From Epiperipatus broadwayi (lineage: Eukaryota > Animalia > Onychophora), in assembly GCA_028023455.1 (NCBI GenBank), contig JAQFVV010000004.1, positions 19,716,001 to 19,780,000 on the forward strand: 64,000 nucleotides of DNA, written 5' to 3'. Positions 39,421-51,000 of this stretch are shown in pieces. Every line of letters starts with the position of its first letter. Position 1 is the stretch's first letter. The position numbers and the translations under genes are program-made. The notes beneath the pieces are model-generated. The model saw only the letters and a program-made list of their open reading frames with translations, ran no database searches and was not told the DNA's origin.

Positions 39421-41474
39421 ACATAGTATAAATTTGTTTCAAACTTTAAATAAGTAATATCTTGTATAGCACTTATCTTTAATCACTTCTGATAATTTTA
39501 ACTAGATATTTTACCTATTAAGTATCTAAATTTTTCTTTTTTTACGCATCTAATATATAAATCTATATCCATAATGCATATCATAAGTAAACACATTTTA
39601 TAAAAAAAAACTTTTTTTTATGTCGAATATAAATTTAACCTAGAATAAGTATATGAAAACATACCTTTATGATTACAAGGTCATTTAAATATTACTTGAT
39701 TATACAGCCTTTAACCTGTTGATATAAAAAAAAAATACACATAATTTTACAAATTAGTAAAATTAAATCATTACTTAACAAGTGCTTATTATCTCACTAG
39801 AAAAATGTTTTCCGTTGGGCAATTTATCCAGATGAAGAACTTGATCCATTCGTAGTTCACGAAGCAAAATTTAAAATAAGAAACACATTTTATTATTTCA
39901 TTTCTATAAAAGTTGCCTCCATTCTGGTGCACTTAATAAATTAAGCAAAGAAAAACATAGCAGCGTTGGATGTTAACTCTTCCTTGAATTAACTGATATA
40001 ATTTTGGGATCCAAGAAAACAATACATATTTTAACATGACGAATATTTGACGATAGACGATCACATATACAATTCTTTTCTTTTTACTATTGGCGATACG
40101 TATCATTTTTAGCTAGCTGGCTTATGAATAAAATAATGCGCGAATTTTCCAAAATACTATTATTATAACGACTGCAGCTGACTTACGTGGATATAAAGTT
40201 TTAACGACTCCAGTTAATGTATAATATAACATCTTATATTATGGTTATAATTAAGTCACTAATGTTTGTAGTTTTTATTCCTACTCTAGGAATTGTAATT
40301 TGTCTTTAATAAGGAATTCTCCGTAAAATGCACACATACAAATTTTCTGATATTTGCCTTGAGAAAATTTATATTTTCTTTTTAAAAAATATACAGGTGC
40401 ATAAGTAAATATCCTTGATCATTAATATTATTTTTAGATAATTTTCAGTGAATAAAACATATTTTAACGTGGGGAACTTACATTATTTTCAAACGCAGAC
40501 AATTTCTTTTAGAAAGAGCGCGAAATGTTTCTCGTTAACTTTCTTTGGCTTTTATAATATTTCTTTTAATTATAATTTTTCTTTTATACCATGAAAAGAT
40601 TATTAAATAAGATAAAGTTAACAAATAATTGTTTATTTCCTGGAAATTATTTATACTACATATTTTAAATATAATGACATTTTCAGTGATTGCTGTAGTT
40701 AATATGGTCATTTTGAACTTTAGCATAAGATAGTACATTTTTGCGTATAAAAAGCTTTAAAATAGGTAGATGGCCACAGAAAACAGAATATCTTATCAAA
40801 TAGGATTAGCCACGCATGATATTATTAAAAATTTACTTGATTTATATTTATTTCTGCAATAAAAAATAATAAAAAAATTTGTTACCGAATTTCAGTACTG
40901 CTTCCTCCTTGTAAAACTAATGTCAGACTAAACTTTCTTCAAAATTTGGCGGTCTTCTTTTAGCGACCTCTTACAGAAAAATAATCATTTAATTATACAT
41001 AAACAAAAGAAAGGAAAAAAAAACTTATTACAGTCATATATTTTTCCATATGATTTAAAAAAATTACAAAGTAATTTGACAAATAATGAAAAATAATAAA
41101 TATCTTTAACTAACAATGCTTATTAGTGGTGTATATTTCTGTATACATTATTATCTAAATTAATTTAAAAACTACCAGAAGTTATTGTGCTTTATGATAA
41201 GATATTCATCTACTCTCCCTCTACCCATCCAAATCAATTACTGTTTATAATATGTGCTTTTATACTATATTAAATTGCTCTTATTGTTAATATTTTAATT
41301 AAATTATTCATGCTCTTCTTCAAAATGACATCAAATTACTAAATTTATTAGTTATTTGCTTAAAACACGTTAAAGTGAGTAAATAGCATATTTTATTAAT
41401 CACTTAATATTATTATTATTTTACTTTTTTATTTCCTAGAAAAGGATAGCATTGTTTTCCTGTGGAAATAATGC

Positions 41475-41880
41475 TAAATAAACCAAGTGTCAATAACACT
41501 AGGTTACAATATATATATTAAACTATAGTAAAATTCACATAAATTATAGTTATTTTATTAGAAGGGCTTTTGACTATACATCTTGTAGTCTTTATCAACT
41601 ATATAACATTGAATAATCAAAAAGAGACTTCCTTTCACAGTACCCATAGTTCAATTTAGTTCAGTTTTCTCACAATTCTGTTATTTTAACATTTGATGAT
41701 TGCTGATTCATTAACATTTGACCATTTCTTGAAATCAACATTGTGAAAGGAAGTCTCATTTTGATTATTCAATGTTATATAGTTGATAAAGACTACAAGA
41801 TGTTTAGTTGAAAGTACTTCTAATAAAATAACTATAATTTATGTGAATTTTATTGTATTTTAATATATATATATATTGAT
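41475..41880. mobile_element. Fold-back mini-element family E
   Basis: Arms about 41507-41640 and 41742-41880, a hairpin-forming extension on the left (AACCAAGTGT..ACACTAGGTT), and U3-A8 hammerhead motifs in both arms. Confidence 0.85.
41775..41826 (+). ncRNA. Minimal type-I hammerhead ribozyme, U3-A8 core variant
   Basis: TTAT(A)TAG-TTGATAA-A-GACTA/TAGTT-GAAA-GTAC-TT^CTAATAA: helix I 7 bp with one bulge, helix II 5 bp, palindromic helix III AGTACT. Confidence 0.6.
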
Positions 41881-43639
41881 TTGAATATTACATATGTTTT
41901 GGAAAGAATACAGACATCAAACTTAATTTATTATATATATATATATATACAGTGCATCTTTCATCTTAGCTCAGTCATATCACAAACATCCATCAACCCA
42001 GAAGTTAACCAATCTTCCTCAATTTGGAAGTGTTTAGAATCTTACCACAGGTTTAACAATTAATATGCTTACTGTCCAAATAACTTTCTAACATTATAGA
42101 TTTGTTTTCAGCATAGTAGTCTTTTAATATTTCTTTACACCATTCTTGGATTTTTCACCAACTATTTTAAGATTAATTTCCATATTGGATTTTTGAATCC
42201 TTTATACTTTACATTGTTTCACTTCAGCAAATTAGAGCAAATTTTGAGCAACAATAACAATCTTCTACAGGACAGATAAAAAACTAACTTCTATATCACC
42301 ATCACCATCTTAGTGATACTATTTATGAGGTATGACATAGCAACATTTATTTTATTACTCAGAAATTACACTCTGGAGCCCTGAATAGTACATACTTAGG
42401 GCACTCAGCACTCATTTGGAATAAAATAAAATTAATTCAAATAATTACTTTTTTTACATGGATAGTTATTGCCAAGCTGCATTCACTGACTATAGTTATA
42501 CCTGTTTCTCTTCTCTAATTCAGGCTTCAAAGTAAACTATAGTTTCATGGATTCACTAGCAATATTTTGAAAAAATGAATGTATAATTCACTTATGAATG
42601 AAAGTGAATAAATAAATTACATCAGTCTTAAATTTCTTATGTATAGCCTTCCTTATACTCAGCAAATACATATTTTTTTGGTTATCAAACAATTTTTTTT
42701 TATAACATAAACTTTCAAAAATGATTTTGTAATTGATAAAAAAAATGTTATTACATTTTTATTTCTCATTACTTTTTAAAAAATTCCCTTTCTTGGCAAT
42801 ACTTTTGCAAATGAGGAAATTTGTTTGTGTGCATTCTAATGTTTTTGACATTTTGTTTTAAAAGGGGAAGTATTTTGTTGGTAATGTTTAAAAAAAATTA
42901 ATAAAAATTAAAGCATGATTTGATTTAATAATTTTGTTGAAATCTAATAGATGCTATGTTAAACACTGCAGTGAAATTCCAACTTCTAGAGATAGCAGTG
43001 ATATTGCAGTCATGCACAAATGCATGCATGCATTTATTATCAGAAATTGACAATGAATAAAATCTTCTTATGTGGACCCCAGATTATATGTTCTGCCCAA
43101 CTTTTATGTTCACTAATTTTCTACATTTTTTTGTTCTTCAAAGGAAATTTATATTCCTATAATTCATTTTTATTTATGTGCAATGTTTATGAAATGAAAT
43201 TTGATAGCAAGCAAAAAAGATAAGATTCTAACAATGTTTTTTATATGATTTATTTTCCTATTTTCATTGATTTCTTAGATCCAAAACCAATCTTTTAATT
43301 TTCCATATATGTACAATGTATTTTTTTTTACACAATTTTGTTTTTGCATGTAATTTTTAGGAACCAAGCCATCATGTAAAAACAGAATTAGCTGTGAAAT
43401 TCATTTGTAAATGGATTATCAAATAATCTCTTAGTTATTAAATCTTAATTAAATATATATTTAATTAGCTTTTTTTTTTTACTTTAACTATACTTGAACT
43501 GAACTTTTTAAAATGTTTTTCCCAATTTTTGTTTTAAATACATGTTGTCAATTTAGAGTTTATTTATAAATTCTCAAATTTTATATGCCCAGTACATGTA
43601 TTTATATAAAAAATGAAATTAAGTTGTGAAAACAAGTCA

Positions 43640-43830
43640 GTCTTTGTTGAACACAAGTTGGCCACAGGACACATCTTCTTGAATGTTAAAACAGTTTGCA
43701 CAGAGAGGAACAACAGAAACAGAAAATTCAAAAGAAGCATGGGTAATTTGAAGGGACCCGCATTTAATTAACAGGAAAGACTCTTGAATCCTACTATTAA
43801 AGAAATGGAACATATAATTTGCATACTGGG
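43640..43830 (+). mobile_element. Penelope-like element GIY-YIG C-terminal relic
   Basis: VEHKLATGHIFLNVKTVCTERNNRNRKFK(fs)EAWVI.RDPHLINRK, a typical PLE endonuclease tail. Confidence 0.7.
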
Positions 43831-44060
43831 ACAAATTTACATATTTCTCAACCACTATATATTCAGACTCTCAACTGCAAGATTTTATTCTGCATTATGA
43901 TTCTTGTGAGAATTTGCCAAGAGCTGGCTTAGTGCTATTAAATAAATAAAACTTTGTTTTCTTATATCTTTTCATATCAAATTGCATATTTCAAATTTTT
44001 GAGTATTACATAACTTTATGAAAAGAGATTAATATTTGATATATCTAATATAAATAAAAT

Positions 44061-44834
44061 GTCTGTTAATTATAACAATACTGTAATCATAATAAAAATA
44101 ATAAATATAACAGTAATAAACTATTATAAACAGTCTTTCAATCCACAGAGGTATTTTCAGTTAATTTCTTAAACCCACCTCAACTGCCATTAAATCCAAA
44201 AATAAAGTGAAAGCAAACGTCATCAACTCAAATCCCATGAATCCTGTATTTTAATGTTAGCAGCTTGTTTATTTATTAAATGCATTTTATTACTATTTAT
44301 AAAAACTACCTCCTTAATTTTTCTTTTATTATGGTTTCTCTCTTTATGAAGAATTTTCACACTTTCAAAATCAAATTATTTTCTCATGATCAAAGAAAAC
44401 TGAAGCAGTCATTAAATCACCATTAGTCTTACTTTTTACATGCTTATATAGCAATTCATGCATATTGTTACATAAGCATGTAAAAAGTAAGAATAATGGT
44501 GATTTAATGACTGCTTCAGTTTTCTTTGATCATGAAAAAATATGTAAATATAAATTTAAATTTGATATTGAAGGTATGAAAATTCTTCATGAAGAAGGAA
44601 ACCATAATAAAGGAAAAATTAAGAGGCAATTTTTATAACTAGGAATAAAATGCATTTAATAAATAGACAAGCTGCTAACATTAAAATACTGGTATTCATG
44701 GTATTTGAATTGATGATGTTTGTTTCTGCTTTGTTTTTGAATTTAATGGCAGTTAAACAGGTTTAAGAAATTAACTGAAAATACTTCTGTAGACTGAAAG
44801 ACTGTTTATAATAGTTTATTACTGTTATATATAT
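44061..44834. mobile_element. Fold-back element family F retaining GIY-YIG coding sequence
   Basis: Arms about 44105-44455 and 44470-44830. 44468-44638 encodes HKHVKSKNNGDLMTASVFFDH...KFKFDIEGMKILHEEGNHNKGKIK(fs)EAIFI. Decayed CTGAAAA...GAAA motif at 44775-44799. Confidence 0.8.
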
Positions 44835-45630
44835 ATATATATAAAATTTCAAAATGCAATGAAAATCTAGTATCATCTTTATTAAAAATAATCAATTATT
44901 CCGGGTTAAATGATGAAGTAATATAGTTGATTAAATTTAATAAAAATAGTTATTATAGATTTTAATCAGCTACTGAATATAAATCATGATAATTAACAAG
45001 TTTATTCCTCATGTATTTTTTTAGATAAATTTCAGCTATGACATAACTAAGTAAATTACCAATCAAAAATTAGCAGTTGCAACAGAAATTTTATTGTCTA
45101 GTAATAGAGTTCATATAGATCTGCTTTTAGTTTATTATCCTGGACTATTTAATGATGTACACCAGTTATTTATACTTTTTATAAATGATTGATCTATAAA
45201 ATTGAATAATCTAGAGTTATACACCAAAAGCAGATGCAAAGATGAGTTAGAAAAATATCATTAGATAGCATGATTTTAGTTTGCAATTCCAGTTTTAATT
45301 CTTAGTTTGCTTGATTATTTAACAGCTAAGAAAATCCTATTAAATTATCATTAGAAATTAATGACATATTTCATATAAAATAGAGAAGTACAGTAATTAA
45401 AAAGGATATACTAGCAAGAATTGACAATATTTTTCAGAGAATAATTTTAGCAAATAACATTAAATCAATATTATTTAAAACACCACATGATCACCATTTC
45501 TTATGCTTGCCTAAACTGTTAAAACAGGCAAAACTCTCTAATACAGTAGTGCCACTCAGTGCAAGCTAGAGTAATCAATGGATGCAAAGTTTATGCATAG
45601 AATCCATATCTAGTGCTTACTCATCCAATA

Positions 45631-45672
45631 TCCACAGACTAGTTTCTAACTTGTGGCTTTCATCAGTGAGGA
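45631..45672 (-). ncRNA. Minimal type-I hammerhead ribozyme (family A, mirror arm)
   Basis: Reverse complement reads TCCTCA-CTGATGA-A-AGC(CACAA)GTT-A-GAAACTAGTC^TGTGGA. Confidence 0.75.
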
Positions 45673-46098
45673 ACCTTGGATCTGAGAGCACTGCAACTAT
45701 ATCTTAGGATCTGATGCAACCCTCCAGCAGCCACCTTTTTTTCTCTTTAGTTAACTATAAAACTATGAGTCTAAAATTGAAAACACTTTCAATCCAAGCT
45801 CATTAACTTATGTAGTCATATAGGTCTGAAATGTGATGTTTAGTCATTTAATACCAATCCTGCCTAATAGTATAGTGATGGCTATGGTTATTAAAGAATC
45901 AAAGATACCAAAATGTATAGGTACTGAACTGAATTCAGACCCATATGACTATGTAAACTAATAAGCTTGGATTGAAAATATTATTGTGTTCTCAATTTTA
46001 GACTCATAGTTTTATAGTTAACTAAAGAGGTAAAAGGTGGCTGCTGGAGGATTGCATTAGATTCTAAGATTCAGGTGCAGTGCTCTCATATCCAAGAT

Positions 46099-46140
46099 TC
46101 CTCACTGATGAAAGCCATAAGCTAGAAACTAGTCTGGGGA
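46099..46140 (+). ncRNA. Minimal type-I hammerhead ribozyme (family A)
   Basis: TCCTCA-CTGATGA-A-AGC(CATAA)GCT-A-GAAA-CTAG-TC^TGGGGA. Helix I is 6 bp and extendable (ATCCAA/TTGGAT); helix III is the palindrome ACTAGT; GUC cleavage triplet. Confidence 0.8.
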
Positions 46141-47823
46141 TATTGGATGAGCAGGCACTAGATAAGTATTTTATGCACAAACCTTTTTGCATCCATTGAT
46201 TACTTTGGCTTGCACTGGGTGGCGCTACTGTATGGAGAATTTTGCCTGCTTTTTAAGTCAATGAATTGTAATTAATTAAGTGGAATTTTTATAGGAGCGG
46301 TATTTTTCTTCTATTAATAAAAAACAAAAACAATACTATAATTGATATTTAAGCAATCTACATGTTTTTCACATAAACTGTTAAAATATTTATATCATAG
46401 AGAAAGAAAAATATATTTCTTACTTAGTGAAGCATGTTGCTTGGTATCCTTGGTCAGATGTATACAATTACATACTTTTAATTTGGTTATGGAATTTTTA
46501 TTTGCTAATGCAACAACACATTATTAATTACAAATTTTAATTTTAGATGCATAACTATGTGCTTGATTTAGAAAAATTAATTAGTGTTCTCGTTTGGGTG
46601 TTGATCTTTGGCTAATTCTACTTGAATGTTCTCTTGCATTAAAATATATTCTACAAAAGATTATTTATTAATAAATGTGAAGGCTTCAAGGTATTTTATG
46701 ATATTTTGAGTATTTAATGCGTATTTAATGAAATGACAGAAGGTTACATGCTTGCAAATTTAAAACCCACAAAGAGTAAGTAGCAATTACTAATTTACTT
46801 ATTCTATCACAATTTAATTTTATATAATCCTTAGTAATATTTGTGTAATAGTAGTATATTTGTATCAGAAAATATTCCTCATGCACTTTAACTATGTAAT
46901 CTATGTATATTGAAAGATTCAGATGAGAGAATATAAAATGTCCAATATTCATATTATAATCTTCAATGAAATTCAGTTCTCATTAAAGAATTAAAGATCT
47001 TTCTGCAATACTCATTCAATTTTAGGAAAGCCATTGTTGTTGGAATAATAATATCATGTGTTTTTAACATCACTTCTATTATTATTTTACTAATTTCTTG
47101 TAGTTTCAAAGTATTTGAATTGCTGAAGAGATTTGTTAGATTTTAAATCACATGATGAAAATCAGTTTGATAGAAATCAATTACTGCAAGAAGTTTTGTT
47201 TATTTAGTTGAAATGGTAGATATTGGAGAACATTTTATTATCAACTAAAGGAACATGCTTGATGGCACTAATTAGAATTCTGGAACAAATCAATACTAGT
47301 ATATTGTAAATACCAAATTTTAAGATGTAATTAAAAGTGATTTGAACACAGACTTTCAAGCTTCCTTCAGCTATCTACTCCAGATTATATAACCGATACA
47401 CATTACCACCCACCTGTAAAAAAGATAAATGAATTTCAATATTCGCATTTTGTGCCGAATCAGCACTAAAGCATTTTTTGTCAGAATTAACTCATTAATA
47501 AAAAATTATGATTTTTATTTTATGCATTAGATTTGATGTTAAATACTATATTTTTAAAGTATTTTTGTGTAAACTTTATTTTATTACCAATAGTATGACA
47601 GTATTTTTTTTTTTATTAAATCATTCAGCATTTAATTCAATCATGAGGTTTTTGCATAAGTTTAATTAATAGCTGAAACACACAGGCTTATATATACCTG
47701 TGTTTATATATGTAATATATAGGGTATATGAGCACAGACTTTCACATGACCCACCACTCTCCACACTATCTCATAATATCACTGATACACTCGAACACAC
47801 ATATGTTGAAAAGATAAATAATC

Positions 47824-47867
47824 ACCAATATACGTATTTCATGCTAAACCAGCAATCATCAGTTGGT
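47824..47867 (-). ncRNA. Minimal type-I hammerhead ribozyme (family C, mirror arm, perfect helix II)
   Basis: Reverse complement reads ACCAA-CTGATGA-T-TGCT(GGTTT)AGCA-T-GAAATACGTATA^TTGGT. Confidence 0.8.
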
Positions 47868-47973
47868 TCAGATTACCATCTCTACACATATATGTCCATT
47901 AAAGTATGATGTTTGGCTATCTTAATATATATCTGAACACTTATAGCATATATGTGTAGAGATGGTAATCTGG

Positions 47974-48017
47974 ACCAACTGATGATGGCTGGTTTAGCAT
48001 GAAATACGTATATTGGT
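47974..48017 (+). ncRNA. Minimal type-I hammerhead ribozyme (family C)
   Basis: ACCAA-CTGATGA-T-GGCT(GGTTT)AGCA-T-GAAA-TACGTA-TA^TTGGT, with palindromic helix III ATACGTAT. Confidence 0.75.
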
Positions 48018-51000
48018 GATTATTTATCTTTTCAACATGTGTGTTCGTGTGTATCAGTGATATTATGAGATAGTGTGGAGAGTGGTGGGGCATGTGAAAA
48101 TCTGTGCTCATATACCCTATATATTACATAAGTTTAATTGAGATATCTATTTTCACTTTCTTTAATAATTTTTCTCTCACTATTCTCTTTAAATAATTTT
48201 TTTTGATTTGTCTATTGGTATGTCTTTTTAAACAACTACACAATCTCTAGCAACTATGTTATGATAAACTTTCTTTGTCTTAATTTTTCTTATTAGTAAT
48301 GATCTATTTATTTCTAGTTGTTTCAGGTTTATAAAATTTCTTCAACATTAGAGTTTTAATCTTAATATGACATGATATTCAAATTTTCTTAAATACATTA
48401 TATTTTTTTTATAGAAAACTTTATCTATAAAATTGTGCAACTGAACTTTTTAGAGAACTGAGGTTATTGTTTATACTAAAATTGTGAGTATTCAATTAAA
48501 TATTAAATTGTGCAACACTACAGTATCATCAAAACTTGTTTTTATAGTAACTATTCATTCTATCAGTTATTATTCCTCATGTCATTATAAAAGAAATTTC
48601 CTCAAAGAAAATACATAAAAGCTATTAAATATACCACTTGTCATATATAGCTTATTATCTTGCATATGATTTTATTCAAAGTCTTATTTTTTTGGCAGCA
48701 TAATTAGATAATTTTCCAATGGCACATAATTAAGGCATAGAAAATGGAATTGATGCAAGATGTTAAACAAATTCATTCTTTTCAGACCTAACAAAAAAAA
48801 CCAGCTGCATTTAATCATCAATAGATTCAAACCTACTGTTACTATACTTAAATAAACTTACATTTATGTGTTTATGAACAAATTCAAACAATGATTCACA
48901 TAATCAGCGATTGTCTAAACAATACATGCAATGAATCAAAAAACTTAATGAAACTTCAAATAAATCCATTTTCTGGTTGGAATTGTTTCAGATATTGGGA
49001 ATATCTTTCAAAATAATACCTACAATAAATATATAAAATTTAAAAATCTATCACTGCCTTTTATTATTTACTTTTTTAATAACTTATTTAATTTATCTAT
49101 TCCATGTCACTATATTATCTGAGTAGTATGAATCTTTGTAATAACAATAAGATTTCTGAGTATTTTCTCCTATCACACATATCATAAATTATTCATTAGT
49201 ATATTTTACACATAACTTACATTCTTATTGCCACATGGATTTTGTTCTAGAATTTTTATTTTTATTTATCAATGTTTATAATTTTATTCACTTTTCTTTT
49301 CTTTCATACAAGACCAATTTTTCTTTATAAATTTTTTATGTGCCATGACTACATTTCTTATTTCTACTTTTAAGTGACTTTGTTACAAAATCCATTTTCT
49401 CATTGTATAATCTTAATTAATATACAATGATTTGGAAATACACATAAACACCACACACACATACATAAATATGTACTTTGATTAAATTATGTTAAAATGA
49501 TGAAATTTATACATGATGTATTGCAAAATGGGTTCTTTTTAAAAAAGCCACGTATTCAGAGTCCCCTACTAACCATCCACTCTCTTAGAACTCACTAACA
49601 AAAAAATTTTTTTTTTTATCTTTTCCAATCTACAATCGCAAATCATTTACACCAATAGTGGCATTTTTTTACATATTCTATTCCATATTAATAAAGGTAT
49701 TTTGTTTCAGTATATTATTTTCATATTCATCATTCTTGACACAAAGACCTAAACAATAAAGCCAAACATTTCAGCTTCCTTTGCTCCCTGCAGCTGCTGC
49801 AAAATATTATTTCCAAAGAAGTAAAATATAACTAAACAATTATAGAATGAGAAAACGGAAGGGAATAGAATAAAGAAATAAATAAAAGATAAAAAAAATG
49901 AAGAAACATAAAAATGGATGTGAATGAAATCAAGGAGAATAGAAGAAAAAAATTAAAAGAGAGAGAGAGAAAAAAAAAATGTTGGGTAGAGCACAAATTA
50001 GAAAAAAAAAAAGAATGTTTTTATATTATTGTAATTTTACTTATTATTTCAATATTTTTTTTTGGTTATTCACCGAATTTAATTTCAATTCTTATTGGGT
50101 AAGATGGATAAGGATTAGCATCTTATATTTTGGTTATTTATTATCAGAATAGAGAGGCAAACAGAATAAAGATATTAACAATTTTAAGAAATTGAGCTGA
50201 TAATCATAAAGATAAGGATTTTTGGAAAATTTATGAATTGGCGTTTTAACAGTTATAATATAAATGATATATGAGATGATGTAAATAGATTAATAGAGGG
50301 CTAATTTTCACATATGGTTTAGGCACAGTTAATTAATAGTAAATACTGTATAATTAAACCCCTTAGTTTTTAAAGGTATTTAAAAGTAATTTTAAAGTAA
50401 ATTGTGGGTGTACTTTTTTTTATTTAGACATATATTATAAATACAATTTTATAGATATAATTCCAAAATTTTATTTTCTAGTAATAATTTTTAATCATAA
50501 AAATAAATTGAAAGAAGATAGAAAGAGAAAAATAAAATATAATATCGAACAAAATATTTAAATGTTGCAAGTATTAAATAAACAAATATAAATATTAAAT
50601 ACTTTTAGAAGCAGATTAAAATTTCAATTTATTTTAATGAAAATAGTTAATAAAAATTTTTTTATTGACAGCATGAAATATCATATTTGTTTTTCACATT
50701 TTTATTACATTTTTTCTTTATATACAGAATAAAGCACTAAGGATTTAACAATCTACATGATATACTTGGATTACCTTTTCCGTTGGAATCTAATAGTTAT
50801 CGCTTGTAGCAACTACTGTATTAATTTTATTACCGCGCATGCGCGTGCGTATATATATATATATATACACAGTCGTTGTAGTTGTCATTCATTACTAATT
50901 CAGAACTGAACAAAAACTATATAATGTATGTTTGTATATAATAAAAATCTGAATAATATTTTATATATTTATAACTTCAGTTACATCACTAAAAAAAGTC

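Larger units (their letters stand above)
45478..46254 (-). mobile_element. Fold-back mini-element family A, copy 4 (longest)
   Basis: About 320-bp inverted arms (45521-45840 and 45930-46254), tail on the left, and intact hammerhead cores in both arms. Confidence 0.9.
47668..48126 (-). mobile_element. Fold-back mini-element family C, young copy
   Basis: Near-identical about 190-bp arms (47705-47895 and 47948-48131), hairpin tail at about 47668-47705, and perfect 13-bp TSD CATAAGTTTAATT at 47655-47667 and 48127-48139. Confidence 0.92.

Noticed and set aside
42350-42430. GCCCT/AGGGC hairpin resembling hammerhead helix II
   Set aside because: Neither conserved core strand is recognisable.
47385-47420. 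Possible terminal exon WVVMCIGYIIWSR* (- strand)
   Set aside because: Short, no recognised homology and no linked upstream exon.
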